Shown in pieces: positions 9,674 through 19,380 of a stretch of DNA of 64,000 nt (its first letter is position 1; every line of letters begins with the position of its first letter). A program made the position numbers and the translations under genes. The notes beneath the pieces were generated by a model, which was not told the DNA's origin, made no database searches, and saw only the letters and a list, made by a program, of their open reading frames with translations. Source of the stretch: a virus; the IMG/VR virus record IMGVR_UViG_3300030103_004875, one strand, 5' to 3'.

Positions 9674-10437
9674 GTTTATTTGAAATGACATCAGATGACT
9701 ACCTCTCTCTTATTGGAGATTGGGAAGATCCAAATCCAGAACCCGTCGTAGAGGAGCACGACGGGTTTCTGGTTGTTCGTGATGATCTTCTGGGTGGAGG
9801 CTCCAAGATAAGATTTGCGGATTATTTAATTCGTGCTGATGATAATATAAAGGAGTGGGTATACGGAAGTTCACCTGCAACTGGATATGCTCAAATATCA
9901 TTGGGTCACTTATGTGAGAAATATGATAAGTCGGCAGTTGTTTTTATGGCAGATCGTGCTGTAGAAAAAAGGCATCCATATCAAATTGAAGCCATAAATA
10001 CGGGGGTTGATATGCGATGGGTTCCGAATGGAATGCTATCTGTAACAGAAAAGAGAGCAAGAGATTATGTCCAAGAAGATCCAAAAACTCGTAGACTTTT
10101 GCCTATCGGATTTGATGATGATACTGTTCTATCTAGCATCATTCGTGTGGCTCGCAATCAACCTTTTACTCCAAATGAAGTCTGGACTGTCGGATCATCA
10201 GGAACACTCACGCGGGGACTACAACTCGCGTGGCCAAATGCCTCCTTTCACTGCGTCTGTGTGGGACATAGTGGCGACTATGGACGAGCAAAAACGTATA
10301 GATGCGAAATACCATTCAACAAAGAAACAAAAGTAAAGCCTCCATTTCCATCTGCACCTACATATGATGCAAAGGCTTGGGAATTTATGCTAAATTATGC
10401 ATCTCCAGGCGCACTTTTTTGGAACGTCGGAGCATGA
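9670..10437 (+). CDS. PLP-dependent enzyme, fold type II (TrpB/ACC deaminase/cysteine desulfhydrase-like)
   Basis: VVRDDLLGGGSKIR (PLP lysine), GYAQISL, TVGSSGTL phosphate loop, PTYDAKAW, LFWNVG. Confidence 0.8.
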   Translation: MSLFEMTSDDYLSLIGDWEDPNPEPVVEEHDGFLVVRDDLLGGGSKIRFADYLIRADDNIKEWVYGSSPATGYAQISLGHLCEKYDKSAVVFMADRAVEKRHPYQIEAINTGVDMRWVPNGMLSVTEKRARDYVQEDPKTRRLLPIGFDDDTVLSSIIRVARNQPFTPNEVWTVGSSGTLTRGLQLAWPNASFHCVCVGHSGDYGRAKTYRCEIPFNKETKVKPPFPSAPTYDAKAWEFMLNYASPGALFWNVGA

Positions 10438-10438
10438 T

Positions 10439-12370
10439 ATGGTATTTATTTGCGATCCTACAGATCCTCCTTCAATAGTATCTTCTGAATTTTTAGTGAA
10501 TGGATCAGTGGGAACACCCGACGAAACGGGTGCTGGAGGAGCATTAAATCCTCCTGTATCAGAATCTACCGTTGAAGCCGTTGTAGTGACCTCCGGTGAG
10601 GTTCAGTCTATATCATATGAATATTTTTTAGATGGGGTTTCTGAATATAGTGGAAACCCATATTCTATAGTTGAGGGAGATGGGATTCCGGGAAAGGTAC
10701 TAACCTGTATAGTTACTGCGTCCAATGTTGCAGGTTCGGTTAGTACAACCATTGAAATGGGGGTAGTTTATGGTACTATTCCAGAAATACCAACGGATAT
10801 TACTACCTTTGCTGATATTGCACCCCCTATTGGGGGAATTGTTAATCCCGGTGATCTAGTTGGAGTAGTATATAATTCACTATTAACTTCTTCCGGTGAT
10901 CCAGATGTTAACTCGATTGAAACCATAATTAATGGAAATGTATACACCGGATCCTCAGTTTTACATGTGGTTGGTTCTGATGAATCAGGTTCTAACTGTA
11001 AAATTGTTTTAAATAGTATAAGTGTTAGTAACGAAAATCCCAACATTCCCGGCACAAGTGACGGATTTATCACTAGAACTTTTGATCAGGAACTTGCGGG
11101 TGTTCAGGATCCTGTGGCCGGTAATCCATGTGGTGCTGCTTTGGGTTCCTGTTGTGTAACTGGTGGGTTTGATCCTAATACTGGAATAACCCTTGGATCC
11201 TGTACACAGGAAACAGAAGCAGATTGTTTAGCACTAACACCTCAAGGTAAATGGACTGCCAACACACCGTGTCCGTTATGCGGTGATGGAAATGTGGGAA
11301 CTCCATGTTGTGATGAAATTGGAACTGGTAGGTGCTGTTGCATTCAAACTGATAACACTGGATTGTGTATTCCTGATGTGACTGCCGAAGAGTGTGTTAC
11401 CACGGATCCTAGATTTGCAAATTGTGGATCCACCGACAGTCTTGGTCAGATAACTTGGACGTATGGGGAGGAATGTCCAGAATGTGTTGTGGGGACACCA
11501 AATCCCCCCTGCTGCGCTCCATTAACTGGTAGGTGCTGTGAGGTAGTTTTGGAGAATGAAAATGGGAGACCCGTTGGTGCTTATTGTGAATCTGGTCTAG
11601 AATCATTTGACTGTCCTCAATTTCAGGAAAGTGATCCTACTAATTTCCAATGGACTCCAGATGGAACTTGTGTTGATTGTTCAGATCCAACCTTAAATTC
11701 AGGCCTTCCTTGTTGCGATCCTCTAGGACGCTGTTGTTTAAGAAGTGGCGACTTACGAGATATTACTTACGATATAACTGAGGCAAATTGTGAGCAAAAG
11801 AAGATTGATGAAGGATGGGAAAATAAAGAATGGACCCAAAATAATCCAAATCAATCATCTGCTGATTCCGGTCTTGAACTAGATTGCAGTGATCCAGATA
11901 CCGCTTCGGCAAATCCAAATTGCTGTGCTCCTCTTGGTAGGTGTTGTTGGAAAGTTTCTGATGCTACTGGTCAGTTCTCTGAGGGTAATTGTGTAGAAGC
12001 GATTACTGAATTTGAATGTTTACAGCAAATTCCTACAGCCTCTATTCCGTTTTCTGCGTGGACTCCGGGTGGTAATCTTGCCTGTCCCGGCGATCGCTTT
12101 GGTGCTGGTTGTCCCGGAGACAATGATACCAATGATTATTGCTGTGATACTAGTAAGGGGAGATGTTGTGCAGAAAATGGTGGTGTGAATAGTTGTGAAG
12201 ATAATGTATGGTATGATGATTGTCAACAATCTAACCAGACGTTCGGAAACGGGTTAGTGTGTCCGGACTGTGAAACAGAAAATGATCCGGACTGTTGTAA
12301 TGCAAATGTTGTCATAGGAGATTTTACTTTTGATTCGGATCCTCCAAAAGTTGGAGACACTGACGATTGA
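10439..12370 (+). CDS. Cys-rich repeat / Ig-like modular protein, 5' part
   Basis: ATG 10439 with GGAG upstream; Ig-like segment (ISYEY..LTCIVTASN) then G[SR]CC..C..C..W..C..C..CC repeats. Confidence 0.8.
   Translation: MVFICDPTDPPSIVSSEFLVNGSVGTPDETGAGGALNPPVSESTVEAVVVTSGEVQSISYEYFLDGVSEYSGNPYSIVEGDGIPGKVLTCIVTASNVAGSVSTTIEMGVVYGTIPEIPTDITTFADIAPPIGGIVNPGDLVGVVYNSLLTSSGDPDVNSIETIINGNVYTGSSVLHVVGSDESGSNCKIVLNSISVSNENPNIPGTSDGFITRTFDQELAGVQDPVAGNPCGAALGSCCVTGGFDPNTGITLGSCTQETEADCLALTPQGKWTANTPCPLCGDGNVGTPCCDEIGTGRCCCIQTDNTGLCIPDVTAEECVTTDPRFANCGSTDSLGQITWTYGEECPECVVGTPNPPCCAPLTGRCCEVVLENENGRPVGAYCESGLESFDCPQFQESDPTNFQWTPDGTCVDCSDPTLNSGLPCCDPLGRCCLRSGDLRDITYDITEANCEQKKIDEGWENKEWTQNNPNQSSADSGLELDCSDPDTASANPNCCAPLGRCCWKVSDATGQFSEGNCVEAITEFECLQQIPTASIPFSAWTPGGNLACPGDRFGAGCPGDNDTNDYCCDTSKGRCCAENGGVNSCEDNVWYDDCQQSNQTFGNGLVCPDCETENDPDCCNANVVIGDFTFDSDPPKVGDTDD
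11711..11946 (+). repeat. Copy 1 of ~235 bp internal duplication in the Cys-rich gene
   Basis: Similar to 13588-13826; 58-nt identical core 11819-11876 = 13698-13755. Confidence 0.9.
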
Positions 12371-15300
12371 TGTTGATGTTAACAATAATGCCACCCAGCC
12401 TTTATATAAGTTTGAAGTTGATGGTGAATTACGTCAGGACACTTTATCCAATGAGTATCAGATTCCTTACTTTACGGCCGGCTCTCTTTCCGATGCAGGA
12501 AAAGAACTGAAATGTACGGTTTCTGCTGATGATGCTGACGGAGAGACATCTACCGCTTTCGCTTCGAGGTTTATTGATGGCGAGTCTTTTGGTATGCCGG
12601 ACGATATACCTGCTACAATCATAGTCATTCCGGGTGCGATGTGGGATAACGGCTCCGGTTCATTGAATCCAGGCGATCTTGTTGGACTCTCGATAAGCAA
12701 ACCAGAAGTAGATCCTGAGATTTCTATTGCATGGGAATTTCAACAATTGAATGAAGATGTACTTGCCTCTGGGGCCGGGACGCCGGCGATTTATACAATA
12801 CCCAACGAGGCTATAGACGGGTGTGAATTGTGGGTTAATTTGACATTTAGTAATTTTACCGAGAATGCTCCTTCTACCGTAACACTATCTAAACGCTACA
12901 AGATAGGTGATGTATTCAATCCGACTCCTAATGAAAACTGTGGTACGGTTAGAGGTGCTTGCTGTAGACCTGATCCTGATAACGACATTCCAGCAGAGGG
13001 AATCGTAGGAAATAAATGTGACCAGCAAACTCCTTTGGAATGTGCAAATCTCGGAGGATATTATCAAGGGGATGCTTCATCGTGTCCTACTTCGTGCGGA
13101 GATAATCCTGATGGGTGTGATCCAAATAATCCAACTTTCGAAACTTGTTGTTGTCCACAGATAAAAACAGGAAAGTGTTGTTGTACAAAAACAAATAACA
13201 TGGGCAATTGTGTAGATGACTTAACTTATGCTGAGTGTAATAGAGTTAATCCTGACTTTGGTATTTGTGCCCAATCCTATGATGAAGTTTCTGCTCCAGA
13301 AGGAAGTCTAACTGGTGAGCCTTTATGGACTCTTGGTGGAGAATGTGATCCCGGTTGTTTCTCTGCCGTGGATCCAGTTACAGGAGAAATTGAGGATAGA
13401 TGTTGTGATGTGCAGACTGGTCGTTGTTGTTATATTGATTCTGCTGGAGATCGAGTATGTGAAATTAACTTCACCTTGGAGGATTGTATTGCTGCCCGTG
13501 ATTCTGGAGCGAGTCCTGAAGTTGGAGAATTTTTAAACGCTGGTACTTGTCCAAATTGTGAAGTCCCAGAGGAAAACGGCGACGACTGTTGTGATCCTTT
13601 AGGACGATGTTGTTTGAGAAGCAGTGGAGATTTAAGAGACATTACTTATGATATAACTGAGGCAGATTGTGAGCAAAGGAGGATTGATGAAGGATATGAA
13701 AATAAAGAATGGACCCAAAATAATCCAAATCAATCATCTGCTGATTCCGGTCTTGTGTTGACTTGTAGTGATCCAGATACCGCTTCGAACAATCCAAATT
13801 GCTGCCCTACTCTTGGTAGATGCTGCTTTAAAACTGCTAATGCTGAAGACAATGAAACTGTAGGTTTCCGTTTGGGTTTCTGTGAAGAGAATGTGACTAG
13901 TGACGATTGTGACACTCTTGCATCCCTTAATGATGCGTTAGAAGGAACTAAAACTTTTACAATTGGAGAATCATGCCCAAATTGTGGAAGTGGGGATAAC
14001 AGTGAGAGTTGCTGCGATGATAAAGAGCCTGCATTTGGTAGGTGTTGCGACAATGGTATTTGTATTCCTAATCAATTCGAAACAGACTGCCCCGATCATC
14101 ATGATGCTTCCTCTCCGACTTGTCCTGACTGCACTGATCCGAATGAAAATCCCGCAGATGATCCATCTGATTGTTGTCCCTTTGGTGTTCCTGTATTATC
14201 AATAGATTCTTTCACTGTCGATGGTAATCTATATGATCCTTCTACAAATCCTATTGGGATTGGATCAGTAGTCACGGTTTCTACAACTGAAAAGAATGTG
14301 AAAAATGTTTCTTATCGTTTTTACCTAACAGATCCACTCTCTGATTTTACATACGATTTTTCTGGTGGAGATACAAAAACACTTACAGTACCAGTGACAA
14401 CTGAGAGTCTCCCCGCAAGCGCCTTGCCTGGATTTGAACTGAATTTTGAAGTTACCGCTGATTCTGAGTTATTGGATGACAAGGATCAACCAGTAGAGTC
14501 GTTATCTGATAATATTAATTTTCACGCTACGAATGATTATATTCACGGAATTCCTCCTGTTTTTCCGGATGACATAAACACTCTTTATCCGGACTTTAAA
14601 TTCTTTCCTTCCGGTCCCGCTATCGATCCACCGATTGTTTTAAATTATGGAGATCTCTTTTTGTATCCGGGTAATTTGAAGGATCCCCTTCCGCAACTAG
14701 GACAACCACGTGCCACTGATAGTTACAAATGGACGGACAAAGACGGTAATATCATATCAGACGACAATTTCTATACAATTTCATCTGATGGAGTGATTGA
14801 AAATTGTGGTATTGGATTGCAAGTAACTCTTAAAAATGATACATCGGGTGGGTATACCATTCCCGGTGGAGCAGAAATTACCAAAATTTATAATATAGGA
14901 TCCATTCAGGGACCGGATGATACATTCTGTGGTACTGCCGTAGGAAGGTGTTGTGTTCAGGGTGGTTTCCTTCCAATAGGAATATTGAGTGACGGTCAGC
15001 CGTGGGGAGTAACGTATAGCGACTGTAGTATACAGGATGAGGAAACCTGTATTACCACTCTCGGTGGAGAATGGAATGATGATATTAATGATTGTAGTGT
15101 TTGTTCATCTGCTCCGGACGATCATAATGACACCGATATGGGTCTTGCTCCTTGCTGTGATGAGATCCCCGGAAAATGTTGTGTGGATGGCGTATGTGAT
15201 GACTTTGTTCTTTTCGCTAATTGCACGGGAACTTGGACGAGTTATTATGACGATGCGAATGTTTGTGATGATGCTTGTCCTAATGCCGGACCAGTCTGTG

Positions 15301-16733
15301 GGTGTGTGGAGACAGGTGCTTGTTGTTGTGGTCCTACCGATTTAAATGGCTCGTGTCATAATGATATCGCTCCGGAAGATTGTGCTCCGGGGCCCGGTTC
15401 CCCGTGTTCCCCTCAATCATTTCCACAGTTCCAAGGAATTGGTACATCATGTCCGAGCCAGAATCAGTGCGATAACGGTAGTGTTCCCTCTGATATAAAC
15501 GAAGCAAAATGTTGTCCTGCACCACCAGAACCAAAAGATTCGTACTGTGGTAGATCTAACTCAGGATTTGGTTCCGCTAGTTGTTGGGATATAGCATCAA
15601 ATCCTTTAAGTAATCCACGGATGTGCAATGGTGTCAGTAAACTTAATGGGGGAGCATTGGACTATACAAGTCCATGTGATTATAGAGAAATACGTACAGA
15701 TGCTTCGGGATTCGTCGTAGATGAACCTGAGTACTGTGATGTTAATTGTATATGTTCATGTTTCAAAGAAAACGATAATCCGGGTTGTGGAGGAGATTTG
15801 CATAGTTTCGGAACATCAACTAATCATCCTCAAGGTGAATCTCTTAATCTGGCTGCTCTATGTGAACAGGCAGTTTGTAATGTGAGGCCCTCGTGTTGTG
15901 TAGAGCAGCCGGAATGTCCCCTTGGTCAAGACTGTACTCCTCGATGGGACTCCCAATGCGTTTCTATTGCCGAGAGTCTTTGCACAATTAGTAATTTGGT
16001 TGGTTCTATCTCCTCGGATGCCGCCGAGGAAATGTCCACTGTTCTCCGAAAGGAATATCCCTCTTGTCCGCAAATTGGCCAGGCGACTCCGTGTATAGAC
16101 GAGACTAATGAGAACTGGTTAGATTGGTCTAGTTGTAAAAGTAAATTAGGTGTCCCGGAAGGTAGCGGTGAGTTATGTGGTGAAATTGAGTGTCCTTTAG
16201 GTAAAGTTTGCAGTGAAATAACCGAGCAGTGTGTCAATTGGAGTTGTCCTAATGTCCCATGTAAAGATCTATTCCCGAGTGTTTGTGAGTCGGGTTTCTA
16301 TGATCAGGGCGATTTATTCGGTGGTGAAGGATATAGATGGATAACATCAAGCACAGATGGGTGTGCTTTTGATAATTATCCATACGATATCTACACCGGA
16401 GGAGCGTACATCCAACTAGGGCCCGGTTCAGAAACATTTTGGAATGATTTCAATACGAGTGCGTTAAGGATTGCATTTGGTTCCCCGGAGGATGCAGAAA
16501 ATTTCAAAAATAATGGTGGAAAGGTTACACTAGATATTAATGGTATAACGAAAGATTTCTTTGCGGCAAGTGCCACACAGTTGACAGGAGGATCTAGTTT
16601 TATTGTTATATGGAAGTATTTGGCCAGCGCCGATCCAGATGTAAAGACAAGTAGTGCATTCAAAGCCGACGATCTACATGCCATATTAGAAGATATGTCT
16701 GTTGGACGGACAATACGAATAACCATTACCTAA
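12357..16733 (+). CDS. Cys-rich repeat / Ig-like modular protein, 3' part (likely the same gene, out of frame)
   Basis: Same repeat types; no convincing ATG/RBS; continues the motif PKVGD|TLTIDVDV across a frame change at ~12357. Confidence 0.8.
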   Translation, partial: TLTIDVDVNNNATQPLYKFEVDGELRQDTLSNEYQIPYFTAGSLSDAGKELKCTVSADDADGETSTAFASRFIDGESFGMPDDIPATIIVIPGAMWDNGSGSLNPGDLVGLSISKPEVDPEISIAWEFQQLNEDVLASGAGTPAIYTIPNEAIDGCELWVNLTFSNFTENAPSTVTLSKRYKIGDVFNPTPNENCGTVRGACCRPDPDNDIPAEGIVGNKCDQQTPLECANLGGYYQGDASSCPTSCGDNPDGCDPNNPTFETCCCPQIKTGKCCCTKTNNMGNCVDDLTYAECNRVNPDFGICAQSYDEVSAPEGSLTGEPLWTLGGECDPGCFSAVDPVTGEIEDRCCDVQTGRCCYIDSAGDRVCEINFTLEDCIAARDSGASPEVGEFLNAGTCPNCEVPEENGDDCCDPLGRCCLRSSGDLRDITYDITEADCEQRRIDEGYENKEWTQNNPNQSSADSGLVLTCSDPDTASNNPNCCPTLGRCCFKTANAEDNETVGFRLGFCEENVTSDDCDTLASLNDALEGTKTFTIGESCPNCGSGDNSESCCDDKEPAFGRCCDNGICIPNQFETDCPDHHDASSPTCPDCTDPNENPADDPSDCCPFGVPVLSIDSFTVDGNLYDPSTNPIGIGSVVTVSTTEKNVKNVSYRFYLTDPLSDFTYDFSGGDTKTLTVPVTTESLPASALPGFELNFEVTADSELLDDKDQPVESLSDNINFHATNDYIHGIPPVFPDDINTLYPDFKFFPSGPAIDPPIVLNYGDLFLYPGNLKDPLPQLGQPRATDSYKWTDKDGNIISDDNFYTISSDGVIENCGIGLQVTLKNDTSGGYTIPGGAEITKIYNIGSIQGPDDTFCGTAVGRCCVQGGFLPIGILSDGQPWGVTYSDCSIQDEETCITTLGGEWNDDINDCSVCSSAPDDHNDTDMGLAPCCDEIPGKCCVDGVCDDFVLFANCTGTWTSYYDDANVCDDACPNAGPVCGCVETGACCCGPTDLNGSCHNDIAPEDCAPGPGSPCSPQSFPQFQGIGTSCPSQNQCDNGSVPSDINEAKCCPAPPEPKDSYCGRSNSGFGSASCWDIASNPLSNPRMCNGVSKLNGGALDYTSPCDYREIRTDASGFVVDEPEYCDVNCICSCFKENDNPGCGGDLHSFGTSTNHPQGESLNLAALCEQAVCNVRPSCCVEQPECPLGQDCTPRWDSQCVSIAESLCTISNLVGSISSDAAEEMSTVLRKEYPSCPQIGQATPCIDETNENWLDWSSCKSKLGVPEGSGELCGEIECPLGKVCSEITEQCVNWSCPNVPCKDLFPSVCESGFYDQGDLFGGEGYRWITSSTDGCAFDNYPYDIYTGGAYIQLGPGSETFWNDFNTSALRIAFGSPEDAENFKNNGGKVTLDINGITKDFFAASATQLTGGSSFIVIWKYLASADPDVKTSSAFKADDLHAILEDMSVGRTIRITIT
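13588..13826 (+). repeat. Copy 2 of ~235 bp internal duplication in the Cys-rich gene
   Basis: Encodes CCDPLGRCCLRS..DLRDITYDITEA.CEQ..IDEG.ENKEWTQNNPNQSSADSGL..CSDPDTAS.NPNCC, as does copy 1. Confidence 0.9.
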
Positions 16734-16739
16734 TTCTTC

Positions 16740-16767
16740 TTGACATATTTTTTATGTGTGATATAAT
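16740..16767 (+). promoter_or_regulatory. Sigma70-type promoter (TTGACA-16-TATAAT), probably leaderless
   Basis: Perfect hexamers at 16740-16745 and 16762-16767; ATG at 16774 with no SD. Confidence 0.8.
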
Positions 16768-16773
16768 TACCGC

Positions 16774-18360
16774 ATGACTGTCCCGTACCAACGAAATGAT
16801 TATGTAATTAATCACGAGGTGAATGTCTGTTTCGAGGATCTACTCGAAATGACACCCGATGAGTTTCGAGTGTGGGTTGGCAAAATGCGAGATGTACTGA
16901 GGCACTCTTGGGACACCTATGACTGCCCTCCTCGAACTGGCAAACCAGAGTCCAAGATTATTGAAAACTGGAACAAACTAGAAACCTATCCAGTTCATGA
17001 ATTTGAACACGATGACGAATTGAGTGACACGCCGAAAGATGTGATTATCAATAAGTCTCGTGGCGGTTCTGAGGTTGATCAATTCTTTGAGAATATGTTC
17101 AGGACTCGGATTAATTATACCGATAAAGATAATGGGTACTCTATCTACGATTTGATTGCAGATCCCGATAGACTCGATCAGGTGTACAAGGGTTCCCTCA
17201 GACACTTCAGACGGGATTCTTTTTACAACTACGCACTATCTGCTATCAAGAACAGTAAAAAGTATTCAGTCGTATCTGTGGACTCTGGTGAAGAATGGAT
17301 TCGTGTGTTTTTCGAACAGCCCTCTCTATTCGGAGATCACGACTTTATATTGGAGCAGGTGAAACTTCGTGACGGACTCAATTCTGGTTACTTTCAACTG
17401 GAACAATCAGAAATTCTACAACTGACAAAGGATCAAGTTCAGAAATTTAAGGATTGTGGTTGGTTACAGTATCGTCATCATTCTACATTCGATATCGAGA
17501 ATATGCCCGATGATCGTGTGTATTCTATTCGCCTCTACACAAAGGGAAAGAAACTGTTCCCTGCTTGCTTTAAGGCTTTTAGAATTGGATATATTCAACC
17601 AGCAGTTAATTTTCCTCCCATGACGGCTAAATACTTATATGAAAGATTTACTGAACACATCTCCGACAAAACAGATTTGCGAATCTATGATCCGAGTTCT
17701 GGTTGGGGTGGCCGTATCCTTGGCGCTATGTCTGTCCGTGACGATCGCCATATTCGTTACATTGGCACTGATCCCAATCCTGATAATTTCTTTGATGATG
17801 GGACTTCTAAATACTCTATGGTTGCGGATTTTTACAACACCAAAACCACAAGATCCAATTCTTTCTTCTCCGACACAAATGAATACGAAGTATATCAACT
17901 AGGATCAGAAGAGGTTCGTAATGATCCTGATTTCCAGAGACATAGAGGAAAGGTGGATCTAATATTCACCTCTCCGCCATACTTCAATAGAGAAGCGTAT
18001 AGCGAAGATGAGAACCAGTCATACAAGAAGTATGGTTCTACTTATGAATCGTGGAGAGACGGGTTCCTGCGTCCTACGCTGGAGACCTGTGCGGAGTGGT
18101 TGAGGCCGGGAAGATACCTGCTATGGAACATAGCAGACATTCTGGTAAAGGGAGATTATCTTCCACTAGAAGAGGATTCACAAAAAATCCTCGAAGAAAT
18201 GGGCTTGGAGTATAAATATAAATTGAAAATGGCATTAGAAGGAATGCCCGGACAAAATAGAGTAGGGGAAGATGGAAAGCCTCTTTGTAAGAATTATTGT
18301 AAAGTGAATGGAAAACATTTAAAATATGAACCAGTTTATGTTTTTTGGAAACCACAATGA
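16774..18360 (+). CDS. DNA amino-methyltransferase (SPPY, probably N4-cytosine) with long N-terminal extension
   Basis: YDPSSGWGGR (motif I) precedes DLIFTSPPYF (motif IV); LRPGRYLLWNIAD. Confidence 0.85.
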   Translation: MTVPYQRNDYVINHEVNVCFEDLLEMTPDEFRVWVGKMRDVLRHSWDTYDCPPRTGKPESKIIENWNKLETYPVHEFEHDDELSDTPKDVIINKSRGGSEVDQFFENMFRTRINYTDKDNGYSIYDLIADPDRLDQVYKGSLRHFRRDSFYNYALSAIKNSKKYSVVSVDSGEEWIRVFFEQPSLFGDHDFILEQVKLRDGLNSGYFQLEQSEILQLTKDQVQKFKDCGWLQYRHHSTFDIENMPDDRVYSIRLYTKGKKLFPACFKAFRIGYIQPAVNFPPMTAKYLYERFTEHISDKTDLRIYDPSSGWGGRILGAMSVRDDRHIRYIGTDPNPDNFFDDGTSKYSMVADFYNTKTTRSNSFFSDTNEYEVYQLGSEEVRNDPDFQRHRGKVDLIFTSPPYFNREAYSEDENQSYKKYGSTYESWRDGFLRPTLETCAEWLRPGRYLLWNIADILVKGDYLPLEEDSQKILEEMGLEYKYKLKMALEGMPGQNRVGEDGKPLCKNYCKVNGKHLKYEPVYVFWKPQ

Positions 18361-19052
18361 ATAGCAGCGAAGAACTAGGATATCGTTTAGAGTCAATGTT
18401 TGATGAGTATCTAACCAAGATACAAAATAATGAATCTAGTAGAAAGCCTCGATTCTCTAATATTATAGATTCATACAAGACTCCGAAGAAAACTCAAAAA
18501 GAATTGTTGGAGATATTTTCTCGCAATCAAGATGAGATTCGTTGTGCTATTAGGGGAACAGATCCTCAATGCTCCGAGGCATGGTCTTTTCTGTCTACCA
18601 CTAAACTTATCAAAATCGATGAGTATCTCACTTTATTGGTGGATGTTCTAGAGAAAAATAGTAAGATTACACGAAGAAAAAAGAAAATTAATCCTTCTAA
18701 ACTGATTAAAAATTTGAAGTTTATGAAGGAAGACAGTAAGTTAAATATTAAGTCTGTCGATCCAATAAATATAGTTGGTGCGAAGTGTTGTATTCTATAT
18801 CATAAGAAAAACAATAGAATTGTTTTTCTTGAGAGTGAAGAGGGATTCACCGTATCAGGCACAACGATCAAGAACTTTAATACAGAAACTTCAGTCATGA
18901 AAGCCATACGAAACAACAAACAAATCCTCTCTGCAATAGTAAACGGCACTCCCCTCTCTGCAAAAAGGCAGATTGATTCTTTAAAATCTAAGTCAATTCC
19001 GGCAGTTGGAAGAACAAACGATGAAACGATTATATTGCGGGTGAGTCCATGA
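18357..19052 (+). CDS. Conserved T4-like hypothetical protein
   Basis: KSVDPINIVGA..GFTVSGTTIKNF..GRTNDETIIL pattern familiar from myoviruses; ATG overlaps the upstream stop. Confidence 0.6.
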   Translation: MNSSEELGYRLESMFDEYLTKIQNNESSRKPRFSNIIDSYKTPKKTQKELLEIFSRNQDEIRCAIRGTDPQCSEAWSFLSTTKLIKIDEYLTLLVDVLEKNSKITRRKKKINPSKLIKNLKFMKEDSKLNIKSVDPINIVGAKCCILYHKKNNRIVFLESEEGFTVSGTTIKNFNTETSVMKAIRNNKQILSAIVNGTPLSAKRQIDSLKSKSIPAVGRTNDETIILRVSP

Positions 19053-19351
19053 ACGAGAATATTGATTCATTTGTTATTCGCAGAGAATATCAAAAGGGTG
19101 ATCATTATGACTATGGGGATCTTGTTGAATATAATGGAAGTTCATTTTTGGCTTTGCAGTCCGGTAAACTGCCACCACCACTAGTCAACACTGAACTTTG
19201 GTATAGATTAAGTTCCATGACAAAATGTTATAGATCAGAAACCGCACCTAAATTTTCAGAAGAAGGTGATAAATGGTTGGACCCAACCGCTGGTGTATTG
19301 TATACTAGAGTAAAGCAGACAAACGGTGTCATGTTTTGGATTGAATTTTAG
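19049..19351 (+). CDS. Small protein with CBM5/12-like module and fibre-type C-terminal motif
   Basis: YDYGDLVEYNGSSFLA..PP....W; SETAP....GDKWLD...G.LY....WIEF. Confidence 0.5.
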   Translation: MNENIDSFVIRREYQKGDHYDYGDLVEYNGSSFLALQSGKLPPPLVNTELWYRLSSMTKCYRSETAPKFSEEGDKWLDPTAGVLYTRVKQTNGVMFWIEF

Positions 19352-19380
19352 TAACTTTTTTTTTATTTTTGGATTAAACT

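Noticed and set aside
11711-13826. Repeat pair as a diversity-generating retroelement TR/VR
   Set aside because: Differences are not adenine-specific (many C/T synonymous changes), both copies are coding, and no reverse transcriptase is in the window.
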